From contig JAUZTB010000027.1 of NCBI GenBank assembly GCA_034780895.1, positions 44,217,689-44,281,688 of the forward strand: a stretch of DNA of 64,000 bases. Direction: 5' to 3'. The notes under the pieces were generated by a model. It was not told where the DNA came from. It saw nothing but the letters and a program-made list of their open reading frames with translations, and made no database searches. The stretch comes from Rhynchobatus australiae. Its lineage: Eukaryota. Position numbers and translations under genes: made by a program. Of this stretch, positions 37,400 to 49,503 are shown in pieces (positions within the stretch are counted from its first letter, which is position 1; each line of letters opens with the position of its first letter).

Positions 37400-39240
37400 C
37401 AAGCCTGGGGACTTCGGATATTTCAGTATTTAGCAAAAGAGAACCAAACCATTGATACAGAAAGGGGAAGCAGAGAACAAGAATGATCTTGTGAGAAACC
37501 TAAAACACAACGTGAAAGCTTCTGCAGAGAAAAAGGAAAAAAAAAATCTGCAAAATTAACAGACTGACCCGGGGAGATTATATTTGGAAAATAGAAAATG
37601 ACACCAAAGTTACTCAAATGACGTGTTTCTGTTTTCACGGAAGAAGACACAGAAAACTCAACTGGGTCACGGAGAACGGAATATCTATATTGAGACATTA
37701 GGTGAAGGAAACTGTCAGTAGTTAAGAAATATAACTGGTGAAATTAATGGGTCTGAAATCCAACAAATCCCCAAAACCTAGAGAGGCAGATCATTCTGTT
37801 TTGAATGAAGCAGGGATAGAAATGATAGGTGTACATGTCTAAGTATTCTAAAAGGATTTTCAAATAAGGTACCAAACGTCATCGCACTATTTCCAGAAGG
37901 GGTAAGACTGAAAGTCGGTGCAGGCAGCTTACTAGGGTAATTAGAGACTTAGAAGGGGAATATTAGGTCCATTGAGTCTATACTAGCTTACATTAATTCT
38001 ATTCTCTTCCTTGTTTTTCTCTACCTATTTTCTCTTATCTGCCGAGCAACTCCATCCCGATTCTCCTAATATTCACCTCCGTATAAATTTAAACAGAAGA
38101 ATTTACTTTCCTCACAGTAGGTGTTTATGATCTGGGAGGCAACCGGAGCACTTAGATGAAAGAGAAGGACTGTGGGTGTACTTAGCAATAAAGGTCAGTA
38201 TCAGTGAACGTGATGTATTTGGACTTTCGTGAAGTCTTCAGTGAGAAGTAGAAAAGAAATTATGAAACAAATTTAACGAAATGCATTCAGTGTCCCATTC
38301 GACCAGCTACAAGGAATTGTTTAGCGGGTAGAAACCAGAGACTAGAAATAAACACATTATTTCATGCTTAAGGGGTGGTGAACTGTGGTCCGATGCAGGG
38401 TTCCGAGCTGAAGCCTTAGCTGTTCAAATTTTCATTTGAACGGTTGGATTAAATGGCCGAATATAATGTGCCCTAGATAACTCAGGGTTATGAAGAAGAT
38501 GAAGGAAGTTTGGAGAGACATGGTAAACTATATGGATAGGTAAGATCACGACAGGACACAAGTTCTGTGGAAGTGTATTTGCCAGGAAAATGAAAAGAAG
38601 GGCTTATAATAGGCGAGATGTTAAAGATGTAGGAGTACAGACAGGTCTGGGTGCTCTCATACATGAATTATTAAAATTAAATCTGGAAATACAGCTGTCA
38701 TTTAGGGTAGCAATCTCCATTTTGTCTTCTTTTCAAAGGAAATTGATGCCAAGAGAGAAGGAGAAATACTGAAGTGATAGAGAACTCTGCTGAGGCTACA
38801 TCGAGAATATGGTGTGCACATCAGGTCTCCCTACCAATGCAGGTTTGCTAGATTGATTACTGAGAAGGGATATTGTCCAAAAGTGGGATTAGGCAAACGG
38901 GTTATATATTGAAGAAAAGAAGAGGTGTACTCATTCAAATATGCTTAAAAGGCTACATTGGTTGTGAACATAACAATTCTCCTGGTTGTTTATATGGAAC
39001 CAGGTGTTGCAGTCTCAAATTAAGAAGGTCACGTTCTGCAGAAAGTAATGATGTTCAGAATGTTCCTTTTAAGGGGATTCGGAAGTTCACTGATTACGTA
39101 TAATTTAAAGAGAGAGTTGTACATATATGTTAATGTATTCAATCTATATAGGAATAATATAGGAAAATGGCACTGATTATTCAAGATTATACTGGATGAC
39201 AGAGCAATGCGACTTACCAAAAGGCATGTTCCCACTTCTC
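37400..39240 (+). mobile_element. Old degenerate CR1-like LINE
   Basis: Recognisable decayed ORF2 segments (SVFTEED, LKxNKSP, VYLDF, LLRLHxEY). Confidence 0.65.
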
Positions 39241-42200
39241 TTTCTTTTATTCAACGACAGTACCGAGGCTGGTGTTACAGATGGCTACAGTAAGAAAGAA
39301 ATGTGGGTTTCATGCATAGGCCTTCAAGACAACTTGGTAGGTTTATGGTTTGTGTGGGTTTGTAGGTTATGGAATAATTTCTATTTTATTCGCAAGTAAA
39401 TTTAACGAATTGATCTATGGATGTCCCACCTCAGACCATAGCGATAGGTTGAGAAAAGGACTCTCGTTCAAAGTGAAGAGCTCTCGCTGTTCGCCCAAAA
39501 CTTATCCGCTTGCTGCCAATTACGAAATTACTTTTACATTTAGCACAATAAAAGAAAACGAATGTAACAGGCACGTATTGTCCGTCATAAACAGATCTGT
39601 TTGTTAATGGAGGGGAGTTGCGAAATAACAACGGAAAAAATGCACTACTATCGTTGATAAACCTCAGCGACCCATTGTTGCAAATGCACAGAACCACGTA
39701 CCGTAATATTCAATGCTTAACTTCATGGTTTTATTTAGTAACTACAAATATACCTTGAACATTGAGTTAATGACTCTCGTCTTTCGCTTGGCCGAAGGAG
39801 TGAGCGACAAACTCCAGCAGCAATTGACATGACTGGGACAATACGAATTTCCGCTGACAAGCATAGCTGAACTGGTTATCCAGTTTAAAAATAACAACTC
39901 TTGAAACATGCATTTCTGTTGGGTATGAATATCGGATAAAAGTCATTTGAAATACAATCGAGGTTAAGCAAATTTTCATCATTCATACACATTACTGGGT
40001 GCAGTACAATCCTAGCTAGTACTCCCAGAAACCTATCGGAGAATAAGCACATCAAGGACAATACAGCCAATTACTAATTAGTTATGCGGACGACCACACC
40101 AGAACTGATTACAGAGTTTTTAAAATAAATCTTGAAATACGCAATTTTCTAGTTAATAATTTCGAATAAAAATAATATAACATACAATCGATTTTAGAAT
40201 AATCACGTAAATCAATAACCTCTGTCACCCCAGCTGGAACTCACAGAAACCTAAAGGAACATATGATCAAAGAAAAGTAGCGCCAATTTCTATGTGGCAG
40301 ATTGCGTCTGCCCTCCCTGACAGCATATTTGCAGAAGCACAAGCGGGATAAACGAACGAACGAACAATTGTGATTATAATTTGCCGGGGACTTTCGAAAC
40401 CCATTTAGTGAGGCATCACAAAGTGACCCTTAGCCATCGGAAAATCATGTGGCTGCAGAGTAGCAAACGAAGTAAAGAGTAAAGTTAAATTTCTTCGAAT
40501 AAAGGTATTTATTTATCAGTATATCTCAGCTACTTGAAGCTGAGCCTTTCTTTATCAAATTTATTGTGGCATAATTATTTTCCATCCGTAAGAATGAAGG
40601 GGTTGCAATTCAAATACGCTAATACGGATGTGTTAATTTTATTCACTCCTTCGATAAAACAATATAGGCATCCTTTAAAGGTTAGTCAAATAACAAATGT
40701 AGAAAGCAGGCTACCTTGGATCAATTTTACGGAAAAGAAACGGAAAACATTCTAACATATGTATAAAGCATATTTCCAATTTAAGATATTGACCAATAAC
40801 TGCGATGAATCTATATGTCTGAGAATAAACAAAAACATGCCCCTTGACTACAACTCATACCTTGAATTTAAGAGTTAATCGCCTACATGTGCTGAAACAT
40901 AAGTTAACAAGGGTCCCCTATTTCATGAAGCGATCTGACAGCAGGCAGTTTATTTCATCCGAGTTCTGTTGTAACATTGGTACCTCGAACAACATTGACA
41001 ACATTGTTCATTTCGACATGTGAAACTTTCACTTTGCTAAATAGCGTAAATGCAGTGCAAATCTTGGAGCTCAGAACTGGGCATTCACAAGACATTGTGG
41101 GACGCCAGCAGCATCGGTAAAGTCATGAGCAGCAGGGCCCTCATTCTACACTTACAAAACAATTCAAGGTTAACCTGCTGCTACAAGGAGTGAAGAAGGG
41201 CCCGCCAGAATGATGTCGAGGCGTATCTAAAAAATTGCTGCGATCCTGCGAACCTCCTACATATGAGTACCTAGTATAGAGCAAAACAAAGTAGAAGGTA
41301 CTTAGCAATCCTACATACGGTGAATCACAACAGAGCTCTGCGGTTCAGCCACATTAAACCGTGAATCATAGGGCACAACTAAACAGCGCAAGTCGCAGCG
41401 ACCCAGCGGTGCTGGACGCATGCGCACAGAATGCTGAAACTTTCAAAATCATCTTCTGCTCGAAGTAGCAATCTGGTGCCGCATTGTGCTCTCCCTGGAG
41501 ATTCCTAGTGTCACAAATGCTTTAACAAATTTATTGAAATCCACACGGTATCGTGATATGCCTTAGAACACTGCAAATGGCAAAGGCTGTGGGGCCATGT
41601 AACATGCCACTGCAGCAGTTTGCTCTTCAGTGAAATTTTTATCAGCACATTTATAATGCCTTCAAATACTGCGTAACGTAGAGCATTGCCCAGGTCTGTC
41701 ATGTTCGCAATGATCGGAACAAATGTTGACTAATTACCCCTAAACATCTTATTCTTGATAATGTGTTATTATCATGGCTGTAAATTTACCCTTGCAACTC
41801 ACCTGCACACTGACTACTGGAATGGTATAGCGGGGACCATCCTGCTCAACGACGCATCATTCTTTTTGACGAATAATTAGTTCCAGAAACAGAATGAAAA
41901 GGTTCATTTGATATTGCAAAAACAAAGGTGGCTGTCGCTGCTGGAAATCTGTACATTGACGTCCATTTTGAGGGATTTGATTGGAGTTGAATTTTCCCTG
42001 GCTGCAGTGCCCAGATCATAGGTTATGATCTCATTCCCGGTGAAAGATATACTCCCAGAATATGTCTCAACAGGAATATGATGCAGTTCAAATTTTAGAT
42101 AAAGCTGTTTACGGTGGGCAATTTAAAAATTCATCGACTGCTGTCTTTGCCATAAATTTGAAGAAAACCGGCCGTATTGCAAGTCAGAATGATATAAGGC

Positions 42201-42899
42201 AGCACAAAACAAATCGCAAGCTTCGCAGTTTTATTCGGAAATAATAGACATCACAAAAAGACGGTAGATCTGGAAGCTATATTTCTAACGTATCTTTTAG
42301 TCGTGTGGCCTACAATGATAACGTATTTCAGCAAAATAATTATTGTATATTTGGAGAGGTATGCTATATGTTGAACACCAGAAGTACAGTATTTCAAAAT
42401 ATCCATTCATTTGCATCGAAGTAAAGCAAAACATCAAATATTTAAGGAATAAGTAACTCGTATTCAATGATGTAGAACGAGAATACGTTGACCTATTCTT
42501 TTAATTTTAAGTTTTCTCCAATTTTGAGTTTTCTCGATTTCCGGTGTAGTTGGCGTCAATAATAAAGGGATTTTAATCTGTAGACATTAATCCCGTCCAA
42601 ACCTCGGAGATGAAGAGGTTTATTTAGTAAACTGTAACGTTACCTAATTTTCAGATTCGCTTAATATTCCAGAACATTATGTCCATACACTGACTGGGCA
42701 GTGTAGAACCATAGAACTGAACATCACAGAAACGGGCCCCTTCGGCCCATCTGATCCATGTCGACCGTGATGCGTTTCCGCGCTATACCATTTCCCTGTA
42801 ATAGTTCCGCATTCCTTGACGTCTTTCCGATCTGAGTACCAGTCCAAATGCTTTTGTGAAAGGCTTTAATTAATATTTTTGTTTTGAAGGGGCCCTACG

Positions 42900-44925
42900 A
42901 AATGTGACCATATTATAATGAAATTGTATATTAAGATCGAATGCGGTTTTTAAATCCAAAAAATGAAACAACGATGCCACAGCATTCATCTGCCTGGCGG
43001 CGGTACAAAGACAAGGGTGGAAATGCTCCAACCATAGGTTACACAAGAACTAAAGACATCGTTGGGTCGAAGGAAAAGTCCTATACAGTTGCTAGAAAAT
43101 GTATCGAGGCTGAGGATACTGAGAAGAATTCAGCAAATAAAAACCGAAAACAAAATTGATAAAGAATGCAAAAATCGGATATGTGATATAATTAGGGAAA
43201 GACATGAAAAGGGACAGTAACAGAGTCCTGGGTATATAAAGGGGGGGGGGGAGAGCTCTGCAAAAGCAGATTAACCAGAAATAGAAGGATGATGTTGGGG
43301 AACGAGGGAATTAATTGAGAATTAAACAAATACGTCTCGTCTGCTTTCGCAGGAGAAGGCAGGGGCAGGAAAGACTCTTGGATAGTGGTAAACTAAGGTT
43401 GCAGTGCAAGTGAAGGAGGGAAAGGAATTAGTAATTGTATAAAAATACAACTGTAGAAGTTAATCGGCTGCAAATCTGATAAATCCCAAGGATCTGATGA
43501 TCCACATCCAAGAGTTTTGAAACAGGTTGCCATGGAGATGGTGGATGCTTTGGTTATCACTTTACAATATTCTATAGATTATGGAATGTTTCTTACAGTT
43601 TGGAGGGTAGCAACTGTGACCCCCGTGCAACGTTTAAGAAAGTAGGGAGGGGGGAACAAGGAACTACCGGTGTGCTAGCATCATATTAGTAAGAAAATGT
43701 AGGAAACTTTCGGAAAATTAATAAAGGATGTTGTATCAAGACTATTATGATATTAAGCAGAATCAGCGCAAAGTTATGAAAGGGAAATCATTTTGACCAA
43801 TCTATTGGGGCTGCTTAAGGTAATGTCGGGTACAGTAAATCATAAGGAGCGAATGAGCATGGTGTATTTGGATGTTCAGAAGGTTTTCCACACAGTCCGT
43901 TGGTCAGCCAAGTTGGAACACATAGAACCGATGTGAGTATATCACAGTGGACTGAGAGTTAGAGACAAACAGCATGGGAACAGGTCCTTCGGCCTACCGT
44001 GTCCATACCGATCATCAACCACCCACTTATCCTAATCCTACCTCAATCCATTAATCCCATTTTATTCTCTGCACATTCTCATCAACTCCCCCCAGATTTT
44101 ACCACCCACCAAAACAGTAAGGGCAATTAATCGCCCCACACACATATCTTTGGGATGTGGGAGGAAATCAGAGCACCTGGAGGAAATCCAGGTGGTGAAG
44201 TAGACTGTTGGCACACTGGTCTTAAGGTATTGAAGTTGGGATGTTATGTTTCAGTTGTGCAAGATGTTGGTGGGGCCACATTTGGAGTATTATGTTCCGT
44301 TATGGTCAACCTGCTATAGGAAAGATGCCATTAAGCTGGAAAGAGTGCAAAGGAGATTTATGAGGATGTTGCCGGAACTCGAGGAACTGAGTAATGGAGA
44401 GAGGTCGAACAGGTTGGGACTTTTTTCACTGGAGCGTAGGAGAATGAGGGGTGATCCTATAGTGGTGTATAAAATTATGAGGGGCATAGATAAGTTGAAT
44501 GTGCACGGTCTTTTTCCCAGAGTTTGAGAATCAAGAACTAGAGGGCATAGGTGTAAGGTGAGTGGGGAGAGATTTAGTTGGACCCTGAGCTGCAACTTTT
44601 TCACCCAGTCGGTGGTGAGTATATGGAATGAACTGCCAGAGGAAGTGGTTGAGGCAGGTGCATTAACAGCATTTAAAAGGTACTTGGACAGGGACATCCA
44701 TTAGAAAGGTTTATGGGCCAAATGCGGGCAAATGGGACTAGCCTAGATAGGAATCCAAGTTGATGTGAAACAAAGAATGGGAATAAACCAATACTTTTCA
44801 CGTTGACAGTTTGTGACTAGCGGGATACAAAAGGGATCCGTGCTCCGACCTATATATTCACAAACTATCTCGAAGATTCAACCGACGGGACCATCTGTAA
44901 CATTTCCAAGTTTGCTGATGAGATG
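42900..44925 (+). mobile_element. Old CR1-like LINE with nested younger CR1 3' end (44220-44750) and a SINE piece
   Basis: KSDKSQGSD and VYLDVQK remnants; nested MLVGPHLEYYVPLWSTCYRKDAIKLERVQRRF; resumes VTSGIQKGSVL..SKFAD. Confidence 0.8.
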
Positions 44926-44929
44926 GGTA

Positions 44930-45073
44930 GGCACGCTAGTGCAGCGGTTAGTACAACGCTATTACAGCGCCAGCGACCCTGGTTCCGTTCCGGCCCCTGC
45001 CTGTAAGAAGTTTGTACATTCTCCCCGTGTCTGCGTGGGTTTCCTCCGGGTGCTCCGGTTTCCTCCCACATTC
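44930..45073 (+). mobile_element. V-SINE (HE1-like), truncated by gap
   Basis: Same head and core as the 12753 copy. Confidence 0.85.
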
Positions 45074-45876
45074 NNNNNNNNNNNNNNNNNNNNNNNNNNN
45101 NNNNNNNNNNNNNNNNNNNNNNNNNNNNNNNNNNNNNNNNNNNNNNNNNNNNNNNNNNNNNNNNNNNNNNNNNTGATGCCAATTGCAAGGCAATCTTTCC
45201 AAATTTCCCTTGGTCTCTTTTGCACTAAAGTATGCACTGCAGCTTCGTTAGTCTTTTCAGAGGATTGTAATTCTGCTTCCCCCACAATACAATTTAATTC
45301 GCCTTCCAAGTGGAATCGCATCTTTCCTGTGATGGTCTGCTGCAGCCAAACTAATGTTTTGTAGAGTCAGAGCAAGATCCCCAGACTTGAATATTCTATG
45401 CCTTATCTGATAAAAGCAGCGATTCTGTTTTCTACCTTCAAGGGTCAGCCGACAAACACAATAAAATCCCCCTGTTCCGTCCTTACTGCCATACTATTTA
45501 TCATGTATTCTCTCACCAACTCTGCCCTCCTTGAATGCACTATCATACTTAGCAGGAATGGAATTTTATTTGGCATTATTCACCAGCTAACTGAACAATT
45601 TAAGTCCTCCTAATGTTGAGATCTTCCTGCATCTTTATCGAAAACACTGACAATTGTAATATCACAGGCAAAAGTCTTAATCTTGGTCCTTATATACAAG
45701 TTATTGGAGCATACTTCAAAACGCACTGGAGGTTGTACGGAGCCTGATAAAACGCCACTGCAAACAACCCTCCACTCATGAATTTTCCCACAGCCATTAC
45801 ACTTTGCTTTCTTTCCCTGAATAATATATTAATAAATTATTACATTTAATAAAATAAATGGACATGATAGTGGGCA

Positions 45877-46165
45877 GGCATGGTTATGTAACGGTTAGCG
45901 TAAAGCTTTACAGCGCCAAAGACCCGGATTCAAATACGGCCGCTGCCTGTAAGGAGCTTATACGTTCTCCCCGTGTCTGCGTGGGTTTCCTCCGGGTGCT
46001 CCGCTTTCCACCCGCATTCCAAAGACGTACGGGTTAGGAAATTGTGGGCGTGCTGTGTTGGTGTTAGAAGCGTAGCGACACTTGCGGCTGCCCCCAGAAC
46101 ACTACACAAAAAGATGTATTTCACTGTGTGCTTCGATGTACATGTGACTAATAAAGAGATCTGAG
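45877..46165 (+). mobile_element. Full-length V-SINE (HE1-like)
   Basis: Colinear with 12753-13045. Confidence 0.9.
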
Positions 46166-49119
46166 ATATCTATATTCACTAAGGCCTCATTGAATGTCAC
46201 CTCCGTGATGAATCTACTCTGTGGATCGTTATCAAAGATCCTGGTAAAATCCATGCAGATTACATCAAATGCAACACTCCGACTGGACTTTCCTTATCAC
46301 CCCCACACCTCCCCCTAAAAAAGAACTCACTCGAGGTAGCAATCGGTCTTCTCAACAAATCCGCGTCCGTCATTAACCTTCCGATGCAGTCCTGGTGCAG
46401 AGTTTCGGCCCGTTACGACTACCTTTCCTTTGCCTCCATAGATTCTGCCTGATCCGCTGAGTTACTCCAGCAGCTTGTTTTGCATCTCTCTGAATGGTGG
46501 TTTATGTTGTCCCTCGGGATTTATTCAACAATCTGCTCCCCACCCTACGGTAATCTGTCCACACTTTTCTACTTAAAATACGGACATCATCAGCAGTCTG
46601 AGATTTCTCCAGTCTGTACCCAAAGATTGTTGCGAAATGATTGTTAGAGCCTGTTCTGCTTCATTTCTTCCTTCTTTAAATCACTTTATCCAGGCGACTT
46701 TCATATTTACAGATGCCAGCCCCCTTAATACACGCCCTCCACTAATCTGTGGCGATTATCATCTTGATATTAACTACTAACCTGCACATCTGCACGGACT
46801 GAGTCAAGATCCGTTCAATGCTCAGATTACATGGTATGTCTATCTGTACCACAACCCCGATACCTATGTATATTTCCTATTATGCATACTTTTCACAATT
46901 GCTGTTATAATCGTGAACAATTTGACCTTCAAAAAAGAACGTAAACGACTCAAGGCAACTAAACTGTACCACGTTGTATAATATAACCAATTTCCACTCC
47001 TGTTTCATCATAATACGTATTTCCCAGTGACACCTTCCTGGGGAGAGAACGTCGTCCAGAAATATCTCTCCTTTTGCATCACGAGTGGGGAATTCTTCAG
47101 CATGCTCAAAATCTCAAAGTAACTGAAAAGAGGCGGTAAGATAATACACTGTGTGTTAACATTGCCAAACTCCAGGTCTATAATGTAAAATATAATGATG
47201 GGAAAAACTTGAACGTGAAACATTTTTCACAACATTATGTCATAGAAAATGTAACAAACAGTACAGCACAGGATCAGGCCCTTCTGCCCACTATATTGTG
47301 TCGAAATAATTAAGGTAACGGCACCTGATTCCTTCTGCCTGCACACAGTCCACCTCCCTCCATTCTCTGCATATTCATGTGCCTATCTGAAAGCCTCTTT
47401 GACGCCTTTATCGTATTTGCCTCCACCAGCGCCCATGGAAAAGCATTTCAGGCACCTGCCATTCTCTCTGTAAAAAAGCTATTTTGAACTTTCTCCCTCT
47501 CGCCTTAAATGCTTGCCCTCTCGTATTAGACATTTCAACACTGGTAAAAAGATACCGACTGCCTACTCTATCTATCCCTCTCGTGATCTTATAATCATGG
47601 AGAAAACGTATTACATATCCATAATCCGCCGAACTCGCTTGACAATCTGGATCATGTGAAGAATAAATAGTTTATATGGTGTTGTGACCATTGATGCATT
47701 ATGTATGCCGCGAAGAAATCAGTTTACCTACTGGCAACCTGCATCAACAAATCACGAGGAAATGAATACAAATTATTTACGGAAGCACTTATATCAATCT
47801 GAGCAAGTGCGACAGAAGACATGAGTTGTGCATGGACATATTTTTGTCTGTATAAATTGTATGTTTAAGAAAGTGAAAACAACAAATCTGAAATAGATCG
47901 TCCGTTGAACCTGAGAATTACGTCCTGTTACCGCGAATCGTGGGACTTCAAACAATGGGTATTGCTCAACACTGGATATATCATTAGCAAGTTGCAATTC
48001 ATGGTGTCAAGCTCTAAACCAGAATGAAGATCGACGCACTTCCCACATCCGCTACTTCGCTCAAACACATTGCTTGTCTTCGTTATTATTTGGAGTAACA
48101 TAAGTGTGTCTAAAACCTCAAGTCATAATCTCCAGGTAATCGCTTATACTTTATCAGAAAACCCATACGTTATGCTTTCCCGACCACATTTTCCGTTAAC
48201 TAATTTTCACATCAAGGTACAGCGCCTTGAATCTATTTAAAACATAGATGAGAACATCGAAATAAAAGTACTCTGAAACGTACTGGCAGATAAGCAAATG
48301 CAGTATACAGTACTTACATTTTGCACGTTGTTATTTTGTTTAGAGCTTTTGCATATATGATAGCAGATCGAATTGTACTCCACAAAGACAGAACTTAAGT
48401 GCCTGCCTATGTTGAATTAGTTGAAGAAACCGCAACAGGGAGATGTAGTGGAGGTTTGGTTGAATACCAAATGTCAAGGTGACAGCACTGGATAAGCGTT
48501 CCTGGAAGCAAATATTTGGAAACTGTCAAGATTGGAATCATATATATACTTGAAAAGAAAAAAAAAAGTTACAGTGCTTTGGGAAAAATGTAGGCTATCG
48601 AACAACTCTTATAGAATGCCAACCCACAGAGAGAGGGGCCTCAGAGCATCTAACAGCGCTGCAGACTTGCTGATGCTGCTGGTAGTCAACTGATGGAGGA
48701 ATCCATAGCCTGTGGATTACCCATTCCACGTCAGCAGAGCCACCTGACAAGTCAGAATTCATTAGATCAAATCAACACGCTTTGTAGTTTCACTGGTTAA
48801 AATGAAGACGAATCCATAAACGTTATGAGATCCTACGCTCTGCTTTATTGACAAACTATGATGACACTTTGGTACAACAGGACTTTTAACACAACGTGAT
48901 ATCGACAGGACAGGGACCTGCCAGTTGCACACACAATATAAGAGAATGTTGGGAAAATGTTTAATGTACTATCTATAGGCAACATTCAGTGATGTAATAC
49001 ACGAAAGCATTCTTCTCAGCAGCATAGCGTTGCATGGAATACATTCTGGTGAAGCTGCCAAAGCACAGGATGTGATTGGAACACGTTAAGAAAGTGTCAC
49101 CTACAACTGCAGCCCTTCC

Positions 49120-49268
49120 AATTATGTAAAGTTAGCCTCTGATACTGCTCTATTTTCCGCGCTCTCGATGTACTTCGGCACCCTCCGTGTTTTGCAATTG
49201 CCTGGATTCTTTGAACGAGTCGATCCCAAAGTCGGTACAAAGCTCTAACAGGTTTTCCTCTGGACTGC
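49120..49268 (-). pseudogene. Decayed homolog of gene B terminal ITIM/ITSM exon downstream of gene D
   Basis: The upstream intron matches gene B's (ccca.aaac.agcaaaac.accaa). The exon starts AVQRKTC* and contains NTEGAEV in a shifted frame (TEYAEV in gene B). Confidence 0.6.
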
Positions 49269-49350
49269 CTATGAAGCCAATGCTTGTATATATTGTTACT
49301 TGGTAGTTTTGCTAGTTTATGGGTTACTCCTCAAACCTCATGTCAAGTTA

Positions 49351-49503
49351 TCAATCACAAATTTCTTGAACTATCATCTCGCTCTCAAGTCTGTTCCTTG
49401 TCTTCACCTGAGCGTACGTGACTGTCCCATCTTCATCCCTTGGAGTATTCCCGGGTCTGCCGAAGTCAACGTCGCAATAATGCAGCGTCGCATCCTCCAT
49501 TCC
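49351..49503 (-). CDS. Gene D terminal cytoplasmic exon with two ITIMs (LHYCDV, VTYAQV)
   Basis: GMEDATLHYCDVDFGRPGNTPRDEDGTVTYAQVKTRNRLESEMIVQEICD*; reads through the donor position used in gene B (49408). Confidence 0.7.
   Translation of the reverse strand, partial: GMEDATLHYCDVDFGRPGNTPRDEDGTVTYAQVKTRNRLESEMIVQEICD

Noticed and set aside
41086-41145. Minus-strand signal-peptide-like mini-ORF MRALLLMTLPMLLASHNVL*
   Set aside because: It ends in a stop, with no good donor and no downstream domain exon; likely chance.
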